64,000 nt of DNA from Mustelus asterias (taxonomy: Eukaryota). The notes under the pieces were generated by a model. That model was given only the letters and a program-made list of their open reading frames with translations. It did not search any database and had not been told where the DNA came from. The stretch is from positions 434,001 to 498,000 of the forward strand of contig NW_027590173.1 in NCBI RefSeq assembly GCF_964213995.1, read 5' to 3'. The position numbers were made by a program, and so were the translations under genes. How positions within the stretch are numbered: position 1 is the first letter of the stretch; the number at the start of each line of letters is the position of its first letter. Positions 22,206 through 35,971 of the stretch are shown piece by piece.

Positions 22206-24700
22206 ACACTGCTTCTAACGTGTTTACATCTTTCTTTCGATAAGGGGACCAGTACTGTATACAATCCTCCAGATGTGGTCTCACCTCGTCCTGTTCAAGT
22301 GAAGCATCAATTCCCTACAATTCCTCACATTAAGCAATAACATTCTATTTGCATTCCTAATTATTTGCTGCACATCTATATTAGCCTTTTCTGATTCATG
22401 CACTAGGAACCCAGAACCAGAGGGTTTTCACACAGAGTTGTGAGTGTCTGGAACGAGCTGCCAGAGGCAGTCGTAGAGGTGGGTACAATTTTGTCTTTTA
22501 AAAAGCATTTAGACACTTACATGGGTAATATTGGTATAAATTGGAATTGTAGGGAATTGGGGCGGCACGGTAGCACAGTGGTTAGCACTGCTGCTTCACA
22601 GCTCCAGGGACCTGGGTTCGATTCCTGGCTTGGGTCACTGTCTGTGTGGAGTTTGCACATTCTCCTCGTGTCTGCATGGGTTTCCTCTTGGTGCTCCAGT
22701 TTCCTCCCACAGTCCAATGATGTGCAGGTTAGGTTGATTGGCCATGCTAAAATTGCCGCTTCGTGTCTCGAGATGCGTAGGTTCGAGGGATTAGCGGGTA
22801 AATATGTCGGGATAAGGGGGTAGGGCCGGGATGGGATTGTGGTCGGTGCAGACTCGATGGGCCAAATGGCCTCTTTCTGCACTATAGGGCTTCTATGATT
22901 CTGAAGGGATACAGGCCGAATGCAGGCAATTGAGACTAGCTTAGTGGTATAAACAGGGCAGCTTGGACAAGTTGGGCCAAAGAGCTGTTTCCATGCTGTA
23001 AACCTCTATGACTCCAAGGATCCTATCAGCCTTATTAATAACTGTTTCAACTTGCCTTGCCCGCAACAGAGCATTATACACTTGAAACCCAAGTTCTCTC
23101 TGCTCCTGTACTTCCCCTAAATGCTGTACCATAATGGGCATATTTTCGCCTCATGTTTCTTGTACCAAAATGCATTTCCTCACATTTTGCTGCATTGCAA
23201 TTCATCTGCCAGGTGTCTGCCCATTTGGGCAACTTGTCAATGTCCCTCTAAAGTCACTCAGCATCATTCTCACAATTCACTATTCTCCCCAGCTTGGTAT
23301 TGTATGCAAATTTTGCCCTTTACAGCGATCTCTAAATGGTTTATATAAATCAGAAAAAGCAAGTGTCCCAACACTGATCCCTGGGGAACACCACTTTCAA
23401 CTCGTCTCGAGTCTGAGAAATGCACATCTGTACCCAACCTCTGTTTCCTATCTTTCAGCCAACTTCTAATCCATGCTGCCAAGGACCCATCAATCACAAA
23501 CATTTCTAATTCGCTCACCAACCTGCCATGTGGCACCATATCAAATGCTTTCTGATAGTCCAAATATACAACATCCACGGCACTACCCTCATCCAATGTC
23601 TGTGTCTCATCTTGCCAAACATGACCTGCCCTTGAGAAAATTATGTCATCTGCCGAGTATGAACTTATATTTCTCTGAGAGTATATCTATATCTTATTTC
23701 ATACTGTGGCCTCCATCTGTTTTCTCACTATTGATGTCCAGCTGAGAGGTCTGTAGTTTCCTGGGGTATCCTTTGCCCCTTTCCTGAAAAACAGCATTAC
23801 ATTTGCAATCCTCCAATCCCATGGGACTAATTCTGTGTTCAAAGAGGCCAGGAAGTTTCTGTCAATGGCTGCGCAATTTGCTCCCTCACCTCTCAGCAAT
23901 CTACGATGCATCCAGTCTGGACCTGGTGACTTCTCTACTGAGAGTGCTGCCAGAGTTTTAGTGCCTCTTCTTTATCTATCACTATACTGTTCAGTTACTG
24001 AGCACCCATATTTTCAACAAGGCCATTGTCACATTGTTTAATTTTGTAAAGACAGAAGCACCGTACTCATTTAGTATCTCTGCCATACCCTCTGCTTCAG
24101 TGACCAGTTTACCCTGCTCGTCCCTTATGAGCCCCACTTTATCCTTCACTAACCTTTTCACATGTATATGTTTGAAGAACATTTTACTATTTGTTTTAGC
24201 GCAGCCTGCTATCCTTTCCTCATGCTCCCTCTTAGCCTCCCTTATTAAAGCCTTAGCCTCTCTCCTGCATTTGAACTGTTTTTCCTGATTTCTATTGCTA
24301 TTATTATTCCAGCATGCATCCTATGTCTCTTTTTTCTTCCTTATTTTCTCATCAATATCCTTAGACTCCAGGATACTCTAGCTTTGGATGCCGTGTATTT
24401 ATTTCTGGTGGCTATGTGCCTGGCTGGCACCCTATTCATCTCAACTTTGAAAGTCTCAATTTTTCATCCACTGTTTCATCCTCGCAATTTGCCTCATTTG
24501 CCACATTTTGCCAATTCACATAACCTATCTGTTTCCTTTTGTAGCCTCCTTACGTACACTTTGCAATTAATTTCTTGTCAATCTTTATGCTGTCAGCAAA
24601 TTTAACAACCGTATCTTCAGTCCCTTCATCAAAGTCATTTTTATAAATTGTAACAAGTTGTGGCCCTGGTACAGATACACCATTCGACATATCCTGCCAC
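22205..24700. mobile_element. Nested decayed CR1 fragments (mostly minus strand; plus-strand 3' piece at 22420-23015 split by a SINE)
   Basis: DVVYLDYQKAFDMVPHGRL, GVPQGSVLG and DWRIANV...PGNYRPLS motifs. Confidence 0.85.
22560..22902 (+). mobile_element. Full-length V-SINE/HE1-like SINE
   Basis: A-box-like GGTAGCACAGTGG, B-box GGTTCGATTCC, V-domain, CR1-like tail ending TTCTATGATTCT. Confidence 0.9.
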
Positions 24701-24709
24701 CCAGAAAAA

Positions 24710-24840
24710 GATGTGGAGATGCTGGCATTGGACTGGGGTAAACACAGTAAGAAGTCTTACAACACCAGGTTAAAGTCCAACAGGTTTATTTGGTAGCAAA
24801 AGCCACCAGCTTTCGGAACAGGCTGCCCCTTCGTCGTCGA
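24710..24840 (-). mobile_element. Penelope pLTR end with tail
   Basis: GATGTGGAGATGCTGGCATTGGACTGGGGTAAACACAGTAAGAAGTC...AGCTTTCGG. Confidence 0.8.
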
Positions 24841-24947
24841 ATAGCTGTCAGGGTAACAGCCTGTAGTTCCCTGTTTTCTCTCTCCATCCCTTTTTGAATA
24901 AAGGTGTTACACTTTCTATATTTCATTCTAATGGAACATTCTCTGAA

Positions 24948-25104
24948 CAATAAGAAGTCTCACATCACCAGGTTAAAGTCCAATAGGTTTATTTGGTAGC
25001 ACAAGGTTTACTTAGTAGTAAAATAAACCTGTTGGACTTTAACCTGGTGTTGTAAGACTTCTTATTGTGCTTACCCCCCAGTCCAACGTCGGCATCTCCA
25101 CATC
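24948..25104. mobile_element. 157-bp mini Penelope fold-back with a 12-bp TSD
   Basis: About 50-bp inverted arms plus tail; TSD ACATTCTCTGAA at 24936-24947 and 25105-25116. Confidence 0.85.
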
Positions 25105-25811
25105 ACATTCTCTGAAGCCAGGGAATTTTGCAAAATTAAAACAAATGCATCAGCTATCTCATTAGCCACTGATTTCATGTCCTGAGTGTGAAGCCCATCC
25201 GGACACAGGGATTTGTCAGCCTCCAGATCCGACAATTTGCTCAATACCACTTTCCCTGGTGATTGTAATTTTCCTGAGTTCCTCCCACCCTTCCATTTGC
25301 TGATTTCCAGCTATTTTTGGGATGTTACTTGTGTCCTCTATAGTGAACACAAATGAAAACTACCTGTTCAATTCATTTGTCAACATCCTATTTTCCATTA
25401 TCAATTCCCCAGATGCACTTTCGATAGAACCAATGCTCACTTTAACTCTTTTATTGTTTAAATACCTACGGAAACTCTGACTATCCACCTTCATGTTACT
25501 GGCTGCTTGTCATCTTCAGCTTGTTAATTTCCTGATAAACTCAGCTTTAAAAATTGTTTGTGGACAATTCAACATTCCCACCATCCTCTATCAAGAAGCT
25601 TTTCCTGAAATTAAGTAAGGGGATCAGGGATTATGGGGAACAGGCAGAACAGTGCGGATGAGAAAAATATCAGCTATGCTTCATTGGCAGAGCAGACTCA
25701 AGCGGCCAAGTGACCTAATTCTTATATCTTATATTCTTATATCTTATGGTCTAAATTATCCCTGAAATGTCTCACTCTCATTTTACGGTGAGGTTCCCCC
25801 ATTCAGAGCTA

Positions 25812-28800
25812 ACATAGAACAGTACAGCACAGAACAGGCCCTTCAGCCCACGATGTTGTGCCGAGCTTTATCTGAAACCAAGATCAAGCTATCCCACTCC
25901 CTATCATCCTGGTGTGCTCCATGTGCCTATCCAATAACCGCTTAAATGTTCCTAAAGTGTCTGACTCTACTATCACTGCAGGCAGTCCATTCCACACCCC
26001 AACCACTCTCTGCGTAAAGAACCTACCTCTGATATCCTTCCTGTATCTCCCACCACGAACCCTATAGTTATGCCCCCTTGTAATAGCTCCATCCACCCGA
26101 GGAAATAGTCTTTGAACGTTCACTCTATCTATCCCCTTCATCATTTTATAAACCTCTATTAAGTCTCCCCTCAGCCTCCTCCGCTCCAGAGAGAACAGCC
26201 CTAGCTCCCACAACCTTTCCTCATAAGACCTACCCTCCAAACCAGGCAGCATCCTGGTAAATCTCCTCTGCATTCTTTCCAGCGCTTCCACATCCTTCCT
26301 ATAGTGAGGTGACCAGAACTGCACACAGTACTCCAAATGTGGTCTCACCAAGGTCCTGTACAGTTGCAGCATAACCCCACGGCTCTTAAACTCCAACCCC
26401 TTGTTAATAAAAGCTAACACACTATAGGCCTTCTTCACAGCTCTATCCACTTGAGTGGCAACCTTTAGAGATCTGTGGATATGAACCCCAAGATCTCTCT
26501 GTTCCTCCACAGTCTTCAGAACCCTACCTTTGACTCTGTAATCCACATTTAAATTAGTCCTACCAAAATGAATCACCTCACATTTATCAGTCCAAAGATG
26601 TGCGGGTTAGGTTGATTGGCCAGGTTAAAAATTGCCCCTTAGAGTCCTGGGATGTGTAGGTTAGAGGGTAAATATGTGGGGGTAGGGCCTGGGTGGGATT
26701 GTGGTCGGTGCAGACTCGATGGGCCGAATGGCCTCCTTCTGCACTGTAGGGTTTCTATGGTTTCTATGGTTTAAACTCCATTTGCCATTTTTCAGCCCAG
26801 CTTTGTATCCTATCTATGTCTCTTTGCAGCCTACAACAGCCCTCCACCTCATCCACTACTCCACCAATCTTGGTGTCATCAGCAAATTTACTGATCCACC
26901 CTTCAGCCCCCTCCTCTAAGTCATTAATAAAAATCACAAAGAGCAGTGGACCAAGCACTGATCCCTGCGGCACTCCGCTAGCAAGCTGCCTCAAATCCGA
27001 AAATTTTCCATCGACCACCACCCTCTGTCTTCGATCAGACAGCCAGTTACCTATCCAATCGGCCAACTTTCCCTCTATCCCACACCTCCTCACTTTCATC
27101 ATAAGCCGACCATGGGGGACCTTATCAAACGCCTTACTAAAATCCATGTATATGACATCAACTGCCCTACCTTCATCAACACACTTAGTTACCTCCTCAA
27201 AAAATTCTATCAAATTTGTGAGGCACGACTTGCCCTTCATGAATCCATGCTGACTATCCCGGATTAATCCGCATCTTTCTAAATGGTCGTCAATCCCATC
27301 TCTAAGGACCTTTTCCATCAATTTACCAACCACCGAAGTAAGACTAACCGGTCTATAATGACCAGGGTCATTTCTATTCCCTTTCTTAAACAGAGGAACA
27401 ACATTCGCCATTCTCCAGTCCTCTGGCACCATCCCCGTGGACAGCGAGGACCCAAAGATCAAAGCCAAAGGCTCTGCAATCTCATCCCTTGCCTCCCAAA
27501 GAATCCTCGGATACATTTCATCAGGCCCAGGGGACTTATCGACCTTCAGTTTATTCAAAACTGCCAGGAAATCCTCCCTCCAAACATCTATTTCCTCCAG
27601 CCTATTCGCCTGTAACACCTTCTCTTCCTCAAAAACATGGCCCCTCTCCTTGGTGAACACTGAAGAAAAGTATTCATTCATCACCTCGCCTATCTCTACT
27701 GACTCCATACACAAGTTCCCACTACTGTCCTTGACCGGCCCTAACCTCACCCTGGTCATTCTTTTATTCCTCACATAAGAGTAAAAAGCCTTGGGGTTTT
27801 CCTTGATCCGACCCGCCAAGGACTTCTCGTGTCCCCTCCTAGCTCTCCTAAGCCCCTTTTTCAGCTCATCCCTTGCTAACTTGTAACCCTTAATCGAGCC
27901 ATCTGAATCTTGTTTCCTCATCCCTACATAAGCTTCCCTCTTCCTTTTCACAAGACATTCCACCTCTTTCGTGAACCATGGTTCCCTCACTCGGCCATTT
28001 CCTCCCTGCCTGACAGGGACATACCTATCAAGGACATCCAGTATTTGTTCCTTGAAAAAGTTCCACTTTTCATTAGTTCCTTTCCCTGACAGTTTCTGTT
28101 CCCAACTTATGCCCACTAATTCTTGCCTAATCGCATCATAATTACCTCTCCCCCAATTGTAAACCTTGCCCTGCCGTACGGCCCTATCCCTCGCCATTGC
28201 AATAACAAAAGACACCGAATTGTGGTCACTATCTCCAAAGTGCTCTCCCACAACCAAATCTAACACTTGGCCTAGTTCATTTCCCAGTACCAAATCCAAT
28301 GTGGCCTCACCTCTTGTCGTCCTATCCACATATTGTGTCAGGAAACCCTCCTGTACACACTGCACAAAAACTGCCCCATCCGAACTATTTGACCTACAAA
28401 GGTTCCAATCAATATTTGGAAAGTTAAAGTCCCCCATGACAACTACCCTGTGACCCCCACACATATGCATAATCTGCTTAGCAATTTCTTCCCTCACATC
28501 TCTATTACTATTTGGGGGCCTATAGTAAACTCCTAACAACGTGACCGCTCCTTTCCTATTTCTACCCTCAGCCCATATTACCTCAGTGAGCAGATCCCCC
28601 TCGAAGTGCCTTTCCGCAGCCGTTAAACTATCCTTGATTAACAATGCCACTCCTCCACCTCTTTTACCAGCTTCCCTACACTTAGTGAAACATCTATACC
28701 CCGGAACATCCAACAACCATTCCTGTCCTTGTTCTACCCACATCTCCGTAATGGCCACAACATCGTAGTCCCAAGTACCAATCCACGCCCCAAGTTCATC

Positions 28801-29690
28801 TACCTTGTTCCGGATGCTCCTTGCATTGAAGTAGACACACTTCAACCCACCTTCCTGTCTACCGGTACCCACCCTTGACCCTGATACCTTCCCCAATACC
28901 TCACCACCCTCACTGACTTCTGGACTACAACTCCTTTTCCCACTCCCCTGACAAATTAGTTTAAACCCCCCTAAAGAGCCGTAACAAATTTCCCTCCCAG
29001 GATATTGGTGCCCCTCTGGTTCAGGTGCACCCTGTCCTGTTTGTACAGGTCCCACCTTCCCCAGAATGTGTTCCAATTATCCACGTATCTGAAACCCTCC
29101 CTCCTACACCATCCCTGCAACCACATGTTTAACTGCACTCTCTCCCTATTCCTCAACTCGCTATCACGTGGTACCGGCAACGTACCACATGATGGCACAT
29201 GATGATACCACAGATGACCACATGTTTTGTCTTGGCTCTCAGCTTCCAGCCCAGCTCCAGAAATTCCTGCTTTAAATCCCCGTCCCTTCTCTTACCTATG
29301 TCATTGGTACCAATGTGTACCACGACTTGTGACTGTTTCCCCTCCCCCTTCAGAATCCGGAAAACACGGTCTGAGACGTCACGGACCTTGGCATCCGGTA
29401 GGCAACATACCATCCGTGAGTCTCTTTTGCTGCCACAGAACCTCCTATCTATCCCTCTAACTAACGAGTCCCCAATTACTATTGCCCTCCCACTCTGCCC
29501 CTTACCCTCCCGAGCCACAGAGATGGACACAGTGCTGGAGATCCTCTCACTGCGGCTCACCACTGGTATGTCATCCCCCTCAACCTTATCCAAAGCGGAA
29601 TACTTGTTGCTAAGGGGAACGACCACCGGGGATCCCTGCACGGACTGCTTTCTCCCAGCCCCTCTCACCGTCACCCATCTGTTTTCATTC
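25812..29690 (-). mobile_element. Young, near-full-length CR1 LINE (part of ORF1 esterase-like domain; ORF2 APE endonuclease plus RT) disrupted by a SINE
   Basis: IVIGDSLVRG (SGNH-like), YFNARSI, GDFN, SDHN, GVPQGSVLGP, FADD; ORF2 is open on both sides of 26591-26767. Confidence 0.95.
26591..26767 (+). mobile_element. 5'-truncated V-SINE/HE1-like SINE inserted in CR1 ORF2
   Basis: TCCAAAGATGTGCGGGTTAGG...GCACTGTAGGGTTTCTATGGTTTCTAT. Confidence 0.85.
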
Positions 29691-29997
29691 TAACAGTTTA
29701 TCTCTCTGCACCCGATCAAATCATTCACTGTAAACATCTCACTCACATCACCACTTAATCTTCCATGTTCAGGTTATTACAGGACTAGTCTTTGCAATCT
29801 GTCCTCATCATTTGAGTCTGGCATCACTGCTGAAATTCTGCTGCTCCCACTCCAAGGCCAATCTAATCTTCCTGGGTTGAACACAGTGATCTAAATGGGG
29901 TCTGAACAGAGTTTTCTGCAACTGTAACACAAATTCCAATCCTTCATAGACTATTAGCTTTATTACTTCACCTACCAGTTAATGATGTCTGTACACT

Positions 29998-30356
29998 GGG
30001 GGAGGTGATGGCCGAGTGGTATTATCACTATGCTATTAATCCAGAAACTCAGCTAATGTTCTGGGGACCCGGGTTCGAATCCTGCCACGGCAGTTGATGG
30101 AATTTAAATTTGATAAAAAAATATCTGGAATTAAGAATCTACTGATGACCGTGAAGTTATTGTCGATTGTCAGAAAATCCTATCTGGTTCACTTCCTTTC
30201 GGGAGGAAATCTGCCGTCCTTACCCGGTATGGCCGTCATGTGACTCCAGAGCCACAGCACTGTGGTTGACTCTCAACAGTCCTCTGAACAAGGGCAACTC
30301 AGGATGTGCATTAAATGCTGGCCAGTCAGCGATGCCCATGTCCCACAAATGAATTT
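29998..30356 (+). mobile_element. tRNA-derived SINE, second family (possibly Meta-domain type)
   Basis: A box TGGCCGAGTGG, B box GGTTCGAATCC, central CTGGTTCAC...GGAAATCTGCCGTCCTTAC...GTGACTCCAG; tail shared with the LINE at 58920-59490. Confidence 0.75.
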
Positions 30357-30884
30357 TATAAAAACACGGCCCTCTGTTCGTCTACAGTTTCCTGCATCTC
30401 GCCACAAACATAACCACTCTGCTCTATTACATCACAAGGACGTTTTAAACGAAATGTGTTCCCAAGGATAATCTGTTTCTGTCACTATGAACTTTTCTCG
30501 TTGTTCTTTCAGCCGGTGTAAATCCAGAGAATGGAAGGGATGGAGGGAAAAATCTTTCCCGAATCCTATTTGGTCATCATTCCAATAACATTTGGGTGAG
30601 GAAATCTAATCGTCAGTCTCTGTGAAAAGCTGTAAACGGCACCTTCCTATTCGATGGTTAGAATGTAAAATGGAATAACTTCGACTGCTGTTTGTGTCTC
30701 CTGTCCTGTAAACCAAACACTGACCCAGAATTCACTCACTGCGATAGGAGAATGAAGCACATTGAAAGAAAATGTTAAAGCCGCACCTGCGATTGGTGAC
30801 GGGAAGAGCTGAATGAAAGCAAATCAATAGAAGGGATTTGAAATCTCTGACTAAGGGCGACATTGATTTGAATTCGCTCCTTTC

Positions 30885-31500
<616 letters not shown>

Positions 31501-31530
31501 AGCGCCCATTCTTTAATCTGATAACCCAAA

Positions 31531-31546
31531 GGCTCTTTTCAGAGCC
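31531..31546 (+). terminator. Histone 3' stem-loop
   Basis: GGCTCTTTTCAGAGCC. Confidence 0.95.
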
Positions 31547-31877
31547 ACTCATTTTACCTGAAAAAGGGCGAGCTGGTGTCTATCGGTCAGTTTCTGCACT
31601 GTTATTCACAGCACAGCTGTTTCCCGCTTGGAGAGAGTCTTAGCAGGAGTGCTGAGAGTAAGCAAAGAAGTGATTTAATTATTCATTTATTCATTTAAGG
31701 GTATTCCTAGTATATTTCGCGGGCTTTTTTCAGGGTTTTGAATTGAGGAAGTGAGGTCGGCTGAAGGGGATTCTGGGAGGTTGAGTCTTAGTATAAAAGG
31801 CAGTTACCTGGGGCGTTCGCCTGGAGCATTAAAAGCCGGCTGCACTATACAGAGGGCAGCGTCGGGAGCGGGCAGTG

Positions 31878-31981
31878 GAGTGAGTGGGAAGCAGAGTGTG
31901 AACTATAAGGGCTTTGGCTCACAGGGCTTGAGTGAGTGGGAAGCAGAGTGTGAACTATAAGGGCTTTGGCTCACAGGGCTT
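31878..31981 (+). repeat. Perfect 52-bp tandem duplication in the CR1 5' UTR
   Basis: GAGTGAGTGGGAAGCAGAGTGTGAACTATAAGGGCTTTGGCTCACAGGGCTT twice. Confidence 0.9.
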
Positions 31982-33084
31982 AGGCTGAAAGGGCGAGGCA
32001 AGGCTAGTTATTTTTTATCCAACCCTATAAAGGATAAGGGCAGGTATGAGTGATCGGCCAGTTCAGTGCTTCCGATGTGGGAGTTCCTGCAAACACCTAG
32101 CTTCCCAGAGGTTCACATATGTGCCAGGTGCGTGGAACTGCAGCTCTTGAGGGACCGTGTCATGGAACTGGAGCTGCTGACCTTAGGCTAGTCAGGGAAA
32201 ATGGGAGAAAAATTGACAGGAGTTATAGGCAACTAGTTACACCGGGGCATCGGGAGGAAGACACGTGGGTCAGAGTTAGGAGTAAAGGGCAGAAGGGTAA
32301 AGTACCAGGGAGTACTCCAGTGGCGGTCTCTCAAAATAGGAAGGGCTTGGTGACAGGTGTGGGAGGGGAGTGAACAGTTAGAAGAGGGGTCACCTGTGGT
32401 TGTCCCACTCCAAAACAGGTATATTGTTTTGGATAGTGTGGAGGAGTGTGCCTCTCCAGGGGTAAGACACAGTGACCAGGTCACTGGCACACAGTCAGGC
32501 TCTGTGGCCCGGAAAGGGAAGAGGGGGGTTAGGAGAGCGATAGTGGTGGGGGATGCATCAGTTAGAGGCACAGACAGGCGATTCTGTGGGGGCGAACGGG
32601 ACTCCAGGATGGTAGTCTGCCTACCTGGTGCTGGGGTCACGGATGTCTCCGAACGGATAGGAGGCATATTAAAAGGGGAAGATAAAGAAACGGATGTCAT
32701 TATACACATTGGTGGAAATGACGTAGATAGGAAGAGTAGGGGGATCCTAAGAGAGCAATTCAGGGAGTTGGGAAATAGGTTAAAAAGTAGGGTCACTAGG
32801 GTGGCCATCTCTGGGCTGCTCCCAATGCCTCGTGCCAGTGAGGCTAAGAATAGGGAGTTGGTACAAATGAATGCCTGGCTAAAGGACTGGTCCAGGAGGG
32901 AGGGCTTCATTTTCATAGATCAATGGGAAGTTTTCAGGAGAGGATGGCACCTGTACAAGAAGGAGGGGTCACAACTAAGTTGGAAGGGCACAAATATCCT
33001 GGCTGGGAGCTTTGCTAGTGCAGTTCGGGGGGGTTTAAACTAGTATGGCAGGGGGGTGGGGATCAAAATATTAGGTCTACAAGT

Positions 33085-35971
33085 GTGGAGGCTGGGGACG
33101 AGCTTGGGGCTGGGACAAGGCTGGCAAAGAAGAAGAGCACTCTGGGGGAGGACGACCTCACTGGGCCTGGAGGTCTGGAGTGCTTATACTTCAATGCAAG
33201 GAGCGTAGCAGGTAAGACAGACGAACTTGGGGCCTTAATGCGCACGAGGAATTTGGATGTGGTTGCGGTGACAGAGACTTGGTTGAAAGAGGGACAGGAC
33301 TGGCAGCTGAATATTCCAGGGTACAAGTGTTTTAGGCGAGACAAAGGAGGGGCCAAAAGAGGTGGGGGAGTAGCGGTATTAGTTGGAGAGCATATATATT
33401 ACAGCGGTGCAGAGGGAGGACAATTCAGAGGGGTCGTGTAACGAGTCACTCTGGGTGGAGCTTAGAAACAGGAAAGGCGCAGTCACTATGTTGGGGGTGT
33501 ACTACAGGCCCCCCAACAGCCCAAGGGAAGTGGAAGAATGGATATGTCAGGAGATACTGGATAGGTGCAGGAAAAATAGGGTTGTTGTAGTGGGAGACTT
33601 CAATTTCCCTGGTATAGACTGGAAATCGCTGAGGGCAGGGACTCTGGATGGGGAGGAATTTGTAAAATGTGTACAGGAGGGTTCGTTGGAACAATATGTA
33701 GACAGCCCGACTAGAGAGGGGGCTATACTGGACCTGGTACTGGGGAATGAGCCCGGTCAGGTCTTCAAAGTTTTGGTAGGGGAACATGTGGCAAATAGTG
33801 ACCACAATTCTGTTAGCTTTAGGATAGTGATGGAAAAGGATGAGTGGTGTCCCAAGGGTAAGGTGTTGGATTGGGGGAAGGCCAACTTTAGTGGGATCAG
33901 GCAGAAATTGGCAGCTCTTGATTGGGAGAGGCTGTTTGAGGGTAAATCCACATCTGGTATGTGGCAGTCTTTTAAGGAATGGTTGTTAGGGCTACAGGAC
34001 AAGCATGTGCCTGTAAAAAAGAAGGATAGGAAGGGTAGGATTAGAGAACCGTGGATAACCAGGGAAATTGAGGGACTGGTCAAAAAGAAAAGAGAGGCAT
34101 ATGTTAGGTCCAAGCAGCTAAAAACGGAGGGAGCTCTGGAGGAGTACAAAGAAAGTAGGAAAGTACTCAAACGGGGGATGAGAAGAGCAAAAAGGGGTCA
34201 CGAAATGTTCTTGGCAGACAGGATTAAGGAGAATCCCAAGGCATTTTATTCATACGTTGGGAACAAAAGGGTTGTTAGGGAAAAAATCGGACCTCTCAGG
34301 GACAAAAGTGGGGACTTATGCTTGGAGCCCAAAGAAGTAGGGGAGATCCTAAATGAATACCTTGCGTCGGTATTCACAAAGGAGAGGGATGTGTTGACTG
34401 GGAGTGTCTCGGAGGGGAGTGTTGAACCGTTGGAGAAAATCTCCATTACAAAGGAGGAAGTGTTAGGTTTGTTAGAGAATATAAAGACTGACAAATCCCC
34501 AGGGCCTGATGGAATCTATCCAAGGCTGCTCAGGGAGACGAGAGGTGAAATCGTTGGGCCTCTGACGCAAATCTTTGTCTCGTCACTGGACGCAGGTGAG
34601 GTCCCAGAGGATTGGAGGATAGCCAATGTGGTCCCGTTATTTAAGAAGGGTAGGAAGGATAACCCGGGTAATTATAGGCCGGTGAGCTTGACGTCCGTGG
34701 TGGGGAAGTTGTTGGAGAAGATTCTTAGAGATAGGATGTATGCGCATTTAGAAAGGAATAAACTCATTAACGATAGTCAGCATGGTTTTGTGAGAGGGAG
34801 GTCATGCCTCACTAACCTGGTGGTGTTTTTTGAAGAAGTGACCAGAATGGTTGACGAAGGAAGGGCCGTGGATGTTGTCTATATGGACTTTAGTAAAGCG
34901 TTTGACAAAGTCCCTCATGGTAGGCTAGTGAAAAAGGTTGGATCTCATGGGATAAAGGGGGAGGTGGCTAGATGGGTGGAGAACTGGCTTGGTCATAGAA
35001 GACAGAGGGTGGTAGTGGAAGGGTCTTTTTCCGGCTGGAGGCCTGTGACTAGTGGTGTACCGCAGAGCTCTGTATTGGGACCTCTGCTGTTTGTGATTTA
35101 TATAAATGATCTGGAAGAAGGAGTAACTGGGGTGATCAGTAAGTTTGCGGACGACACAAAACTGGCAAGACTTGCAGATAGTGAGGAGCATTGTCAGAAG
35201 CTACAGAAGGATATAGATAGGCTGGAAATTTGGGCAAAGAAATGGCAGATGGAGTTCAATCCTGATAAATGCGAAGTGATGCATTTTGGTGGGAATAATG
35301 TAGGGAGGAGCTACACGATAAATGGAAGAACCATAAAGGGTGTAGAGACGCAGAGGGACCTGGGTGTGCAAGTCCACAGATCTTTGAAGGTGACGTCACA
35401 GGTGGAGAAGGTGGTGAAGAAGGCATATGGCATGCTTGCCTTTATAGGACGGGGCATAGAGTATAAAAGTTGGGGGCTGATGTTGCAGATGTATAGAACG
35501 TTGGTTCAGCCGCATTTGGAATACTGCGTCCAGTTCTGGTCGCCACACTACCAGAAGGACGTGGAGGCTTTGGAGAGAGCACAGAGGAGGTTTACCAGGA
35601 TGTTGCCTGGTATGGAGGGGCTTGGTTATGAGGAGAGATTGGGGAAACTGGGGTTGTTCTCCTTGGAAAGACGGAGGATGAGGGGAGACTTAATAGAGGT
35701 GTATAAAATTATGAAAGGCATAGATAGGGTGAACGGTGGGAAGCTTTTCACCAGGTCGGTGGTGACGTTCACGAGGGGTCATAGGTTCAAGGTGAAGGGG
35801 GGGAGGTTTAACACAGATATCAGAAGGACATATTTTACACAGAGGGTCGTGGGGGCCTGGAATGTGTTGCCGGGCAAGGTGGTGGAGGCGGACACACTGG
35901 GAACGTTTAAGACTTATCTAGACAGCTATATGAACGGAGTGGGAATGGAGGGATACAAAAGAGTGGTCTAG
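33085..35971 (+). pseudogene. CR1 ORF2 (APE plus RT) with one frameshift at the CATATATATT run (about 33391-33400) and PQG changed to PQS
   Basis: ORFs 33085..33441 and 33383..35971 overlap in different frames; FADD is intact. Confidence 0.88.

Noticed and set aside
31880-32000. HDV-like ribozyme at the CR1 5' end
   Set aside because: I could not build the nested double pseudoknot by eye.
33085-35971. An active autonomous CR1
   Set aside because: Frameshift near 33395, broken ORF1 and the PQG-to-PQS change.
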